Shown here: positions 21,932-34,427 of the stretch, piece after piece
Numbering within the stretch: position 1 is the first letter of the stretch
Layout: each line of letters begins with the position of its first letter
Source: Kudoa neothunni
Lineage: Eukaryota > Animalia > Cnidaria
Reading direction: 5' to 3'
Length of the DNA: 46,397 nucleotides
Assembly: GCA_964304625.1 (NCBI GenBank)
Contig: OZ199840.1
Location: forward strand, 1,633,159 to 1,679,555
Position numbers and translations under genes: made by a program
Notes under the pieces: generated by a model
Databases searched by the model: none
Told to the model about the DNA's origin: nothing
The model's input: the letters and a program-made list of their open reading frames with translations, nothing else

Positions 21932-24900
21932 TTAGTTATCAAATTATCCCCGAATGGATCAATTTTTAAGAGAAATGTTTACAAACAATATGAAACGAAT
22001 TGAGAATTGGAATGAATGATATTTTTTACAAATATTATGAATATTAAACAAAAATAATTTTATGAGGGAGCGCCCCTAAACGCATAAAACCCTAATCTCA
22101 TAATGAGTCTATTCTTATGGACAAAAATATTATTTTGGTGGAGATATTTGTTATCATTCATGCTTGCTATCGAAAACTTCACTGCATCGTCCGTGAATGG
22201 AAATATTTTTAATTCCAGAATCTCTTAATATCGTTTAATAAACTCATTAATCCATTTAAAATAAGTAACTAAAAGTTTTTAAAGTACCATATTTTAAACA
22301 ATAATGACTAAGCAAATTAAATTAAGACTATTCTTAGAAGATCATAAAAATAACAAATACGATTGCTTCTTATTCGTGGCGATTTGATAATTTATTTGAC
22401 TAAATGCGATATAATGTGTAATTTAAGTTAGTTTTATGTATTCTTAATATTTAATTGTTTTCTAAAAAAATTTATAATTTTCCTCGCAAACAAATTGGAA
22501 TTATTTATTCACGAAGAATTGTATTATAATTAGAGACTGTAATGTTGGTCGACTATTAAAAAATTCGTCGTTTATTTTAAAATCTGACGCATGCGTACAT
22601 CAGAACTTTATTGGCATTCTCAATGTCAATGAAATAAACATATTTTTTTTCATAAAATATAATATGATATTTAAAGCTCTCTCATCCGTTCAAAAACTAG
22701 ATAAACTTTATAAATTTTAAGAAATTTATTTCCACGACTGTAACTGTAAGTGATAGTGGGATATGCACCAAAGCATGGCCTACCCTGGACAATATGGATC
22801 ACTTTGATGTACTTATTCTCTGAAATCCAGGACCTATTATTTTATCATTTCTATGGTGTGAAAATTTCAGCAACTCTTGCTGTGGAATTTGTTGTTGATT
22901 GACATTAAAATATCTTGATATATTTTTGTGGTCAATTTCCTCATTTAAATCCGTTTATTCGGTTATATAATTGTCAGTTTGGCTTCTTTCTCTGCCCATA
23001 ATTAAACGAAAAATAATCGACGAACTGACTAGATTTTAACCGAAAAATGTAAAAAATTTTTAAAAATTCGACGTTTATCAATTTTAATCGAAAATTACTG
23101 CCTCTAATTATAATATTAATATTAATTGGAATTCGAAATTTATTTTGTTAAATTCTCGGATAAATAAACAATATTTTAATCACAATGTTTGATACATTTT
23201 ATAAATCATTAGGCCGATTTCTTTTGTATTTTTCTTTATCAAGTTTGGTCTCTAAAGCGTATCGTATCGTAAATGATTTATTTGCTTATCAAAAATATAC
23301 GTAGATTCACTTTCTTCAGCATATTGGAGTAGTATTAACTGGATGAATAATTTAACAATAATATTTACGATGAATTCTTGACAATAATCAAATAAATAAT
23401 CAACTTATGTACACATATTTGGAAACTGTGATAATATCGTAAAGTGCACAGTTACCCCCTACACAACATCTCCCCACTAATGTGTTCATAATATTATAGA
23501 AAATCGTTATATTTCCCATTAATTAGAATAAAAATTTATTTATTACAATCAATTTTACAATATATATTTATATTGATCCAAGAATTTTAAAATTAAATCT
23601 AAAATTTGATAAAAAACGTATATCACGCTATGTCGTTTCTTTACTGTTTAAGGAGGATCATCATTGCCAAGTTAATGTCTTAACTGTATCAAATTTCTCT
23701 GATTGGAATTTTTAATCAACTATGATTGAATAAAAAATACATGATACCTAAATTATCAAACTAAAATCCACGATGAGTCGCATCTATTAACATTTTAGAT
23801 AAATTTATAATAAACCTCAAGTTTCTTGTAGAAATGCACATAAAATTAAATAAATAAGTCAAACAAAAAGAGGGAGATTTAAAAATAATTCTTGTTTTAA
23901 GGAAAGATTTAAGATAAACCAAAATTAATCTTGGTATTGGTTCAACAATATATTTATATTGACTTATTATGATTATGATTATTATTAGAATGATAGTTAA
24001 ATATTTTTTCTGACGTAATACTAGCATGATTTAATGTATATTTTAGTTGAAGTGTTCGTTTTATGAATTAACAAAACAGTAAATCAAGAATTTAGGAAAA
24101 AATTCAAGATTAAACAACTCTTGTTTTATTATTATTATTGAATTTTTATTATCTGTTTAACAAATGTTTATTATAATAATATATGATGAATTTTTAGTTC
24201 AAAAAATCCAATTCTGTAATTATACGTGAAATCCACAAATATTTATTTGATCGTTCTTTAGTGGCGTTTATTTGATTAAAATATATTTTAGAATTATATT
24301 TTTTAAGGAAATCTTGTTTTGTTGGCGCTTCATAATAGAAATGAAGCCTATGACAACGTGAGACTACATTATTCGGAACTTGGCTTTGAATGGCAGCCCT
24401 AGGAATCGTTTTTTTGCAAGGAATATTTACTGAACACTATTTCGAATCAAAAGATATCATTATTATTTAAATAAAGTATTGAGATTAGTTAACTGAGAAC
24501 ACAATAACATTTTTCTGATTTGAAATAAACAACCATCTTTAAGTCTATATTCATTTATTATTGAGTTACTTGCATATAATATCTGATTGTAAAAATTATG
24601 GGATAAGGAGGTTCTATAAATTATAACCAATTACGTTCTAATAATAAACTTTTAAGCTCAAAAGCAGGAATTTAGAAAAAATTTGATATTGAATTGACCC
24701 TACATCATAGATAAATTCATAATACTAACGAAGATTTACTAAAAGGAATTATTTAACAACAGCTAGGTTTCATTTAATATTTATTTTATTTTTATTTAAA
24801 TAAAACAAAATTTATTATTCCATTATACTAAATCTTATTGTAGGGTATCACCAGCTAAATTTTTTTTAAATAAAACATACGCTTCTGAATTGTGTTAATA

Positions 24901-25351
24901 AATATTTTTAAATATGCCAATGATTTTATAGACGAAATAAAATTGTAAATTACAATGAATAATTATTTAAAACTTAAATAAAAATGACATTACAATTTAC
25001 AATAAGTTGTGTGAATTATTATTGCCCGGAACATTATGTAGGTTTTATGTAAAAGCTATAGAAAGGTATTGTTTTGTTTTTTGTCGGAATATGCCGATTC
25101 CCATTAGACCATTATTTCCTTCAATGTGTAAAAACAAATGTAAAATAATTTATTTTGTCCTTCATCTATAATATTTGCGATTCCGTAAGTTTACTCTAAA
25201 TAAATCCTGCATATTTATATATTCAATGCAGACAATGAAGGATTGTTCGTTATTTGATTGGTTATGTTTTTTATTATAAACACAGGTAAAAAAAAGTAAA
25301 AATGCGCTTTCGGCATGTTTTCCTTGGTGAATTGAAAAAATCCTGTGAAAA

Positions 25352-28300
25352 ATGATTCCATTGATAGGTCTGATTTCGATATTTTACTCTCTTATCTGCA
25401 CAAAAGCACTATTGTTTGGAGACGATATAATTTTGCTCCAAATCAAGGACATGAAAGACTCTCACAGATGTGTTTTAATATATAAAACACTAATATGTCT
25501 CAATGACTCTTCCGAGGACGATATTTGTGAGTTCTATCATTGTGGATTGACCTCGTTTAATGACTATAACCGAAACAAGAAGGTTGTTGAAGGCATAAAA
25601 GCAGATAGGTTGATTAAATTTTGAGTATGATTGTAGATAGATTCACTTGTATAGTAAGGAAATTGTTATTCAGTCGGACGAACAAATAGATGATGAGATT
25701 GTGTTTTCATCCACAGTAATTGGCCCTGTAAACGATACATCTCCGTCTGAAAGCTCCAACGATAAAAGTTTGATTTTATTCGTGTGAACAAATTTTTTAC
25801 GAATTATCAGAAGTTGAAGATTTAATGAAACAATGCCTCGCTACAACTCAAACCAGTCCAGCATCAACAAAAACCATTTACATTTCGCCAAGCGGTGTTT
25901 TCAATAAAATACTATCGTTACATGGCTCAGAATTGGAAACCAAGGTGAGCTTATGTTTGTAGTAATAAAATTGCTTAATCCAACAAATTAGTATTCAAAA
26001 TTTATCTATGATAACTATCTTAAAGGACACAATTCGATATATTCTAACGATCAAATAGCTCCAGTCAACATTGGTAAATATTAAATTGCTTGATCTTATC
26101 TCACTTGCATAAGATACATCGGATTCATCTGAATTTCCTGAATTCTCTGATAATAATTTCCGTAATTGATGTCGTTGTTTAATTTTTTTAATAATCGCTT
26201 TTAGCCATATACGGTTATATTATACGTATTCAGGTAGCGACAGATAAAACCGTTAACGAGAGTACCTGGAATACGATATACAAAAATATGAGCGACTATG
26301 TAATTGTCATGTATAAATCTCAAAAGGTTCGTAATTTTTTTGATACAGTTGGTTCATTCACTGGAAAAACTAAATTTCATGAAATCAAACTCATTTAAAG
26401 TCTACCTAGCATCAAAAAAGTATTTTTTTATTGGACTAAGTTTAATTTTTGTTTAGTGAACCCGGTGGTGAAACCGCTTACAACCTCATATCAACAAAAA
26501 ACCTCAACAGTTGGATACCCAATATTCGATTGAATATTGAAACTTGGATCGACCATTACTTATCCGCCAATCAAATAATGCAACCTTGGATTAATGTCAC
26601 AGTTTCAGGTCGGTTTATACATATACAGTAGGATATAGATTTTACGAAATTTAATGCGGGGAGTAAAAACAGTTTTTAAATTCGTAACTTGGGAAATTCC
26701 GTAATTTTCCGCGTGCGAATATAATGTCTATCCAACACACTTAAATGATTTAAATTAACCTATAAATTATTATTTTGACTTATTATTAAAATACAGTCAA
26801 ACCTCGATTATCCGGAAAATTTGGAATCGACGATTTTCTTTCCGGGTAGCGAGCGAGGTTCTGGTTAATCGAACTTAAACAATGTATTGTGCGCTGTTGC
26901 TTTTTTTTAAATTTCAACTTAAAATATTCTTTACTTGATTAATAAACAATTTTTTACTATTTATTTAGTAAAATATTTTCATTTCTGCCACATAAATTAC
27001 AAATGTTGACATATACACTAACTAAGAACATGGAGACTGAAAGGAAGAACAGTGCATAATTAGGGCAGTTTTCACACGTCTACAGAGTACAGAGGAGCAC
27101 GTTTTTTAAATAATCGATCATTCATTTTGTTTATTATACATACAGCCATGTGTTCAGATATAGTACAAATTTATGTAAGAACTGGATGCATAACTTAACT
27201 TAAGTCTTAAAGGGAAATTTTATTAATAAATAACCTAGGAATATTTTTGTTTTAAATATTCCATTGGTAAATATTCTACATTGTATATGCCGTACGGTGA
27301 TGGCTGCTACTTTTAACCAGAAATATGATTAAATATTAAATAGTTCTTCCGGATAATCGAGATTCGACTGTAATTTGTTATTACAAACAGAGTATAATAT
27401 TTTGAAATAAATCATAAAATCGATTTAATTCTCTTGTATAAATTAAGCAATTTTATAAATGTTTGATATATTTTTTAAGAATTTCAACAATTTTTTTTGT
27501 TTCTTAAATGATCATTATGTTTGGAAAAGTGGTTTACAATATAGAATCTACAATCGCAGAATATATATTGTGCTATGTAGTAGCAGATTTGTCATATTTA
27601 AATTTTATAAGAATATTGTGATATCAGTTTTTAGATTTTTACCCATTCTTTAAATTATTGGATTTAACCTTGTTTTTACTCTACATTTTAATTGAATTTT
27701 CCAAAAATACATTAAATACGTTAGTCACGTGCCTAATATTATTTAAATTTCTTAACCTTAATATATTATTTAGAATTGAATTTTTCGAAAAGAATATTAT
27801 ATAAAATCTTATTATTTCTATTTTAAATTCAAATTTTGAAATAATAAATGTTGAAAAAAGCGTAAAACTGACCATGAATTAATCGTAAATACATAATTTC
27901 ATTCAAATTATCAAAATAATAGATATGGACGAATGCTCTAGCGAGATTAATATCTGTCCCCAAAACTCTATGTGTATCAACAGATTTGGTAGCTTCAGCT
28001 GCTTGTGTGAACCTGGCTACTCAGGTGATGGGATTCAATGCACCCCCTCAAATGTGTGTGATCAATGCATGTGTGATGAGTCTTATATCTGCGCTTACTT
28101 CAATGGTGAAGCTTATTGTTTGTATGTTTTTCAATTTTGTCTAGATTTGAATTTTAACGTACCTTTTTTTAGGCACACTAAAGAACCTCCACAAAATAGT
28201 AATTTCGTTTTTAGATGTATTTGATCGTTTGTAGAACTTAAAAAACCTCTGATGATATTGGGCACGTTGACTGTTATTATGATTTGTCTCAACGTATACC

Positions 28301-28368
28301 TCAACTTTTTCGGAGAAAAGAGAAAATGCCTATACAGGAGACTCGGGAGGTCTACAGAATCCGAGTAA
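25352..28368 (+). CDS. Single-pass membrane protein with a SEA-like region and a calcium-binding EGF domain
   Basis: Signal peptide MIPLIGLISIFYSLICTKA and ~10 introns. cbEGF domain DMDECSSEINICPQNSMCINRFGSFSCLCEPGYSGDGIQC, followed by a second degenerate Cys module. TM helix LMILGTLTVIMICLNVYLNFFG and basic tail EKRKCLYRRLGRSTESE*. The SEA-like call is inferred from position and length only. Confidence 0.8.
26794..27370. mobile_element. pogo/Tigger-type MITE inside an intron of the EGF gene
   Basis: TA|CAGTCAAACCTCGATTATCCGGAA ... TTCCGGATAATCGAGATTCGACTG|TA: 24-bp TIRs with 2 mismatches, TA duplication, no ORF. Confidence 0.9.
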
Positions 28369-29525
28369 TATTAGAATTTTGCAATGTTGAATTCTTGATT
28401 ATTTTGTGTCGAATGTTTGTCGATATTCTTTATATAGCTAAAATAAATATTAATTATAACTTAATTAATTAATTAATTTAAAAATGTTACAGGACGATAT
28501 ATTAATATTAATCGGTGGGTCGTTTAGAAGTTAAAATATGAATTAGACCTACTGTCTATTCATCTGATTTGGATATAGATTGTTGAAATTAGAGATAGTA
28601 GTATTAAATTAAACTTAGCTTTTATAACTCTTTGTGAGTAAATGCTAACAAAAATATTTCATTAATTATGACAATTATGACAAATATTGGGTGAATGATT
28701 CAAAATCCACACAGGATAAAAAATAGAGGTCATTGGTGAGTTGAGAATTGCGTACAAAGTTTAGATCAGTGATTCTTAATCTTTCATCTTTGCGGACCCA
28801 AAATCTTTTCAAAGAATTTATCACTATCCCCATTTTGTTTTAATGCATAATCCAATCACGCATTTAAATATTTAAACCCATTTGTTCCTATTGTACACTT
28901 TAGTGGACAGATTAAAAAATATTTTAAATTATTAATTTAAAAATAATAAAATTTCAATTATATATAATTTAAAATTATTCTAATTAACAAATTATAGATA
29001 CAAAAGGAAAATTTGGGCATGGGAGGTTTACCTTTAATAAATTATCTAAAATCCTCAAACTTATTAGAATAATTATCAGTTAAATTATTTATGTAGTGGC
29101 TTTATTTTAAAATATATACTAAAAATTGTTAATTAATAATAGATTAATTACTCTGGTATTAAAACAAAAAAAATATCAACTATGAAATCCTTCCCAATAA
29201 TTTTTTCGAAATTATTAATATTTTTTGCAAGTATAAATAATGACATACAATATTTTACAATAAAAAATTTCATGAAATCTTCTGAATTATTATGTATACA
29301 TGTTTTAACGTTTTTAACTATAATCCATAAAAGTATTTTTACTTTATAAAATCTCTATTTTCGTTAATTATCACGTTTATTAAAACCAAGATAACAAATT
29401 AGTGGTTATTGTATTATAAGGGGCGATATTAATGCAAAAAAGCAATTTTTATATAAATAATAGAAACGAAAAGCATATTTAATGAGATTTATTCAGTTAC
29501 CTTTGGTCAATAAGTTCCCAGAATT

Positions 29526-29668
29526 CTGACAGAGTATTTAAAAGAGCAACGTGCATATAAGCGATTTCGTGAGTTGGTTTTTAGGGTGGCCGGCATGGAA
29601 ATCTAGGTTCTCAATCATAGGCTGTTGTAAAAGGAGTATAATCCTTCTCATTGAATACTCTGTAACAG
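29526..29668 (+). ncRNA. Candidate small structured RNA (~140 nt)
   Basis: Closing stem ACAGAGTATTTAA (29529-29541) with TTGAATACTCTGT (29651-29663), including one G-U pair. Internal hairpin AAGGA-GTATAA-TCCTT. More GC-rich than its flanks. Confidence 0.3.
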
Positions 29669-30353
29669 TAAGAAATATTGTTTGAAAATTTTTAGTTTTT
29701 ATCAAATAATCCATCGAATGACTTGTGTTTTTAAGGGTTTTTTTACAAAATTAATTATTACACAAGGAAATATTTTAGTAAATATTAAATATTTATCCGA
29801 AACAATAATGTGAGGGTATGTCTGTAATTTTTAATAATTACGCTAATGTTAAAAATATCTAATTATAATAAATGCATGGTGATAAACTTGGATTTAGATT
29901 TTATTGAAATTATTCCATGGAATCCAGATTGAGATTCACTACTCAAACTCAATGTCCTACTTACATCCTAATTCTTAGTAATTAATTAACTAATAGATAC
30001 GTTAATTTAACAAATTCGCATCTAATACTGTCATAAAATAAACAAACGCTGTTGATTTAATAATATGGTAATTTTATTGCTCCAATTTTAATTTTAATAG
30101 ACAATTAATTATGATACAATTTTAAGGATCAATAAACATTTGACAAATAAATTACAAATATTACTATCCATTTTAAAAATATATATAATGTAATAAATTA
30201 ATTTTTCGGTATTAACACAAGAAAAAAATGAGAATAAGCATGTAAAATACTACATTGCCTGTTGCGCAGGCGCGTCTAATAAATCAAATTTTACCAGATA
30301 AATTCCTTACTTCTACAGACAACAATAGAATTTTAATTGATATAAAACTCATC

Positions 30354-31504
30354 ATGCTATATAACATGTTGAGGTGTGGGGTTTCAAAAATGCCGGTTTT
30401 ATTTGGAGTGTCCCTTGTGACATTAAATAAAATGAGAACGATGTCCACACATTGTGACATTCTTTGTGGGAAAAATGGGGTCTATGTTGGTTACATGGGA
30501 GTATCAAAGCGAAAGAAGTACTCCAATATCAAAAAGTTGACAGCTTGTGACGAACCTAATACCACATGTTATTATGGGAATTGCGGAGAGGACGCATTGT
30601 TTCTGGTGAAAAATGATCGCTACACAATTTTCGGTAAGGGAATGATAGAAACAATTTGGAATGATAGTTTTTCAAGGAGTGGCAGATGGTGTTGGAGGTT
30701 GGAATAGAAAAGGGATAGACCCATCTGCGTTCTCCGGCAGTCTTGTTAAATTTGCGGCGATAAATGCGTCTAACGCACTCCGAGAATATCTCAATGAGGA
30801 ATCTTCGAGCAGTGTTGAGCCGCTTCAGATATTGTCTGCAGCATATTACGACCTTAGAGAGAAAACACCTAGTGCTTATGGTAGATTTTAATGGCCGGAT
30901 AAAAATATATTCGTCACAACTAGCCAATGTGATTAAATTTAGGAAGCAGTACAGCGTGCTTTGCTGTGATTGATAACCATACCAACAAAATAAAAATTGC
31001 AAACCTTGGTGATTCCGGATTCATTCTTAGGCGTAAGGATTCTAGCATAGCCGAATCTGTTGAACAATGCCATTATTATAATTGTCCGTTTCAACTAACT
31101 CTTCCTCCCCCAGCATTTGTGTCCACATCTTCTACTGATAAGTATTTCAGAGCTGAATTTGATTTTTGTAATTAGATATTTTTGTTAGACCTCACGATGC
31201 ACATATTTATGAATTCGAGCTGAACAAGGATGATTTCTTGATTGTTGCAACTGATGGAGTTTGGGATAATATTGACACGCAGAATAGCGCTTCATTGAAA
31301 GACATCTCCGCCAAAAACAATCTCACCTCGAACGACCTCTCTCAATTTACTAATGATTTTTTTGATGAAATCATAAATAATAGCAACTGGAATAATTGCA
31401 AAGTCAGATGTCCTGAGAATGTAAAGGGTGGATTTTTTGGAGGAAAAACGGATGATATCACGTTGTTGGTTGTGGGCATTGTTGAGGGTGATACAAAAAT
31501 ATGA
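30354..31504 (+). CDS. PPTC7: Protein phosphatase PTC7 homolog (PP2C family), 4 exons
   Basis: Motifs GEDA, GVADGVGGW, GSSTAC, ANLGDSGF, EQCHYYNCPFQL, IVATDGVWDN and GGKTDDITLLV. The basic, acid-poor N-terminus resembles a mitochondrial presequence. Confidence 0.93.
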
Positions 31505-31694
31505 TTTCAATTTTCAATCATATACCAAGATTATTCTTCATTTAGTATATTTTTAAGTTTCTGTGTTAGAAAAATAAAAATTTTTTTTAATAATGTGTAT
31601 TTTTTCTCATTTTGTTGAAATTTTGCAGTTTTAAATTATATTACCACTTTTAAAATTTTATCGTTTGTTTATTCACCTTAACGATAATTTTAAA

Positions 31695-31860
31695 TATATT
31701 ATAATTTCAGATATATTTATTATAATTTCAGATATATTATAATTTCAGATATATTTATTATAATTTCAGATATATTATAATTTCAGATATATTATAATTT
31801 CAGATATATTTATTATAATTTCAGATATATTATAATTCAAATATACTATAATTCAAATAT
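31695..31860. repeat. AT-rich minisatellite (17/21-bp units ATATAT(TTAT)TATAATTTCAG)
   Basis: About seven tandem copies alternating 17- and 21-nt variants, degenerating at the 3' end. Confidence 0.9.
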
Positions 31861-33104
31861 TTTCGATTAATTTCCGGCGGTGTTTTTCAAGACACATTAA
31901 GTTTAAGTATTCCCTATCTTCAAATGAATCGTTCGGCAGTTGGCCAAGTTTTAACATACCATCATTAAAATCGAATCTAAAGTTCATTAATCCTTAAAAG
32001 CTTTATTTTAAATTACTGGTATACATTAGCCGATACAGTCAAGAAATTTCAAAATTAATCCTTAAGAAATGACCTTCTGGCGCTCCCGATTTAGGTGAGC
32101 TTAGACTACTCGACGAGCCCACGTATATTAATTTCTATCCTTTATTGGATTATATTTTAAGCTGTATGTGCTTGCTTTAAATTGTTATTGCGCGATAAAA
32201 AATATAAGATATACAATAAATAATTTATTGTTAGGGAAACTCAAAAAGGTAAATGTTTTTATTGAATGATCGTTACACACATGGGATACTTGTTTGATCC
32301 GCCTAATGATACATGCAGGACATGAACTAAATCTTTTCCAAATATTTATACAACTATTTTCCGTAAATGATGTGTTATTCTCATTGAATTTAAATCCTAT
32401 TACTCCAAGAGAACGTTTGAAGGCGGGTCAACATTCAGTTCATCTTTTCTGGTGGCTTACAAATACAAACAACGAATAGGATAGTTCAAAACAAATTATT
32501 GTCGGTAATTAGATTCTTCATTCGAATATTCCAGAATACTTTGAAAGACATAATAAATGATTAAAAGTGACCATATCAAAAATTTATCAGTGGATAATTG
32601 ATTTGAGAAGTTCGAAACTGACATTGGTACACTTATATGCGAAATTGAGAGGTTGACTTTTAAATTAAATAAAGCACATCGCTTTTGTCATAATCCTTTT
32701 TAGCTGTACATCGGCTTAAAATAAAAAATTTAGATTTCATTGAGAATTTACAACTTGATGTAAAATAAAATTTTAACAATTTACCCGAAAAGAAGCTGTA
32801 AAAAAATTTGTCTTATCTGAGTTATATTTAATTTACCGTTCATATGAGTTAGTGTAGCCCAAGGTCAACTATTAAAGGTTAATAGCATTACAGACTGAAA
32901 AAATCAGGAAATAATTTGAAAAACTATATTGATGAACGCAAGCAAAACAAAAATGCTATAGTAACTTGCACACAACACAGATGCTAAAAATAATTTAATT
33001 TCTGCCAGATTATGGGTGATTTACGAGCTTATCAATAAAAAAATACTGAAGTTATCACTATAACATTAGATTTGCTATGAATGGAGAAAATGGGGTTTCT
33101 ATAT

Positions 33105-33538
33105 TTATATGTCATCAGTAGTGAGGTGGTTGTCCGAAGAAGATTCTACAGGGTGATTTAAAGTTTGTTGGGGTGTTGTTGTGTCTGCACAGAAATCATT
33201 AAGAATTGACAACCAACAGAAAATATATAGGAGTACCTTGATTGTTGTCCGAGGAATTTCCAGAATGATTTTGCGCTGTTTCGTTCACATCAACAACTGA
33301 TGAATGTTCGTTACTGTGGTCGGGGTTTGCGTCATCAGATTTAGATTGGTCATTCGACTGTTGTTCTTGATTTTCCAAAGCTCCTTCTTGTGTATCCTCC
33401 TCCTCCTTTTCTTCAATGTCTTCAATGTCTTCAATATCTTCTTCAATAGAGGTTTGCTGTTCTTGTTGTTGGATAGTTTCTATAGTGGTGTGTTGTTCTG
33501 ATTGTTGTTTATTGTTATCTACTACAGTATCAACAGTG

Positions 33539-33570
<32 letters not shown>

Positions 33571-34427
33571 GGTGTGTTGATGTTGTTCAACTACGACGGC
33601 TGTCATCCAAATTATTATTTTCATTAGTATACATGAAAAATACCATTTGATTCTTCACCTAAACCATTATTTTCAATACTTTTACAAGATTGAAGATCAG
33701 CATCTGATTGTCTCCGTCGTTCTTTGGAAAAGTTGGGGTCCTCTGTAGCAGTTTCAGTAGGTTCTGTTTCATCTCCAATCACATGGCCAAATGTGTGTAC
33801 TTTTTTCGCTTCACTCAAATCAATCAACTAACACAACCGATAGTTGGTGAATAAATCCTATAGAGTTAACACCGAATTACTTTCATTCCAACTCCATCTC
33901 CCTGGTGGTCCACATGCTACAAAAATATAAATCAAAATAAAATTTAGTTAATTGATCGCGATTAACCAATAAGAATAATATAGTTGAAATCCCACATTTA
34001 GTTAGTTGATAATATAATCAATCTTTATAACTGGCAGTGCAGTAACAATGCATCTGCTGGGTTTGGATGGATCCAACCACAGTTAATCAACTACTTCTAA
34101 CACACACCCCATCCAATCTCTCCAATAAACTACTTAATGAAATAATAGACATAGTTACTTGGAAATTGCTCGGACCACTAATCATTGATATATCAAACTT
34201 TCTTACAGGCTATATGACAAAAAATATATCGATTATAGAACGAAAAAGTATGTGGAATGCATCTGATGTGGTTGGAACGATTGGAGGTGGTTGTGTTATG
34301 ATGTGTGGGATCTCCACAACAACAACACACCAATCCAAATCAACCACACCAAATCAAACAAATATAGACCAACCTTTTTTTTCGATGAACGATCACCGCC
34401 ATCAAATTTTCCTAAATATGCTCCCAT
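33105..34427 (-). CDS. CRIB-motif (Cdc42/Rac-binding) protein with a possible N-myristoylation site and an acidic low-complexity tail, 7 exons
   Basis: Spliced product MGAYLGKFDGGDRSSKKK|IPHIITQPPPIVPTTSD|PVRKFDISMISGPSNFQ|HVDHQGDGVGMK|LIDLSEAK... ISGPSNFQHVDHQG fits the CRIB consensus ISxPxxFxHxxHxG. A poly-Ala tract comes from (CAG)n at 33541-33569, followed by a Glu/Asp/Gln-rich tail. Confidence 0.78.

Noticed and set aside
22730-22999. Short minus-strand frame MGRERSQTDNYITE*TDLNEEIDHK...
   Set aside because: Internal stops, no recognisable motif or splice structure; cannot be supported as a gene.
30556-31002. 148-aa minus-strand ORF
   Set aside because: Antisense shadow of PPTC7.
31695-31860. 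Repeat array as a possible CRISPR
   Set aside because: The units are directly adjacent with no unique spacers, there are no cas genes, and the context is eukaryotic. It is a minisatellite.
32100-32122. LLDEPT as an ABC-transporter Walker B motif
   Set aside because: No Walker A or LSGGQ signature nearby, so likely chance.
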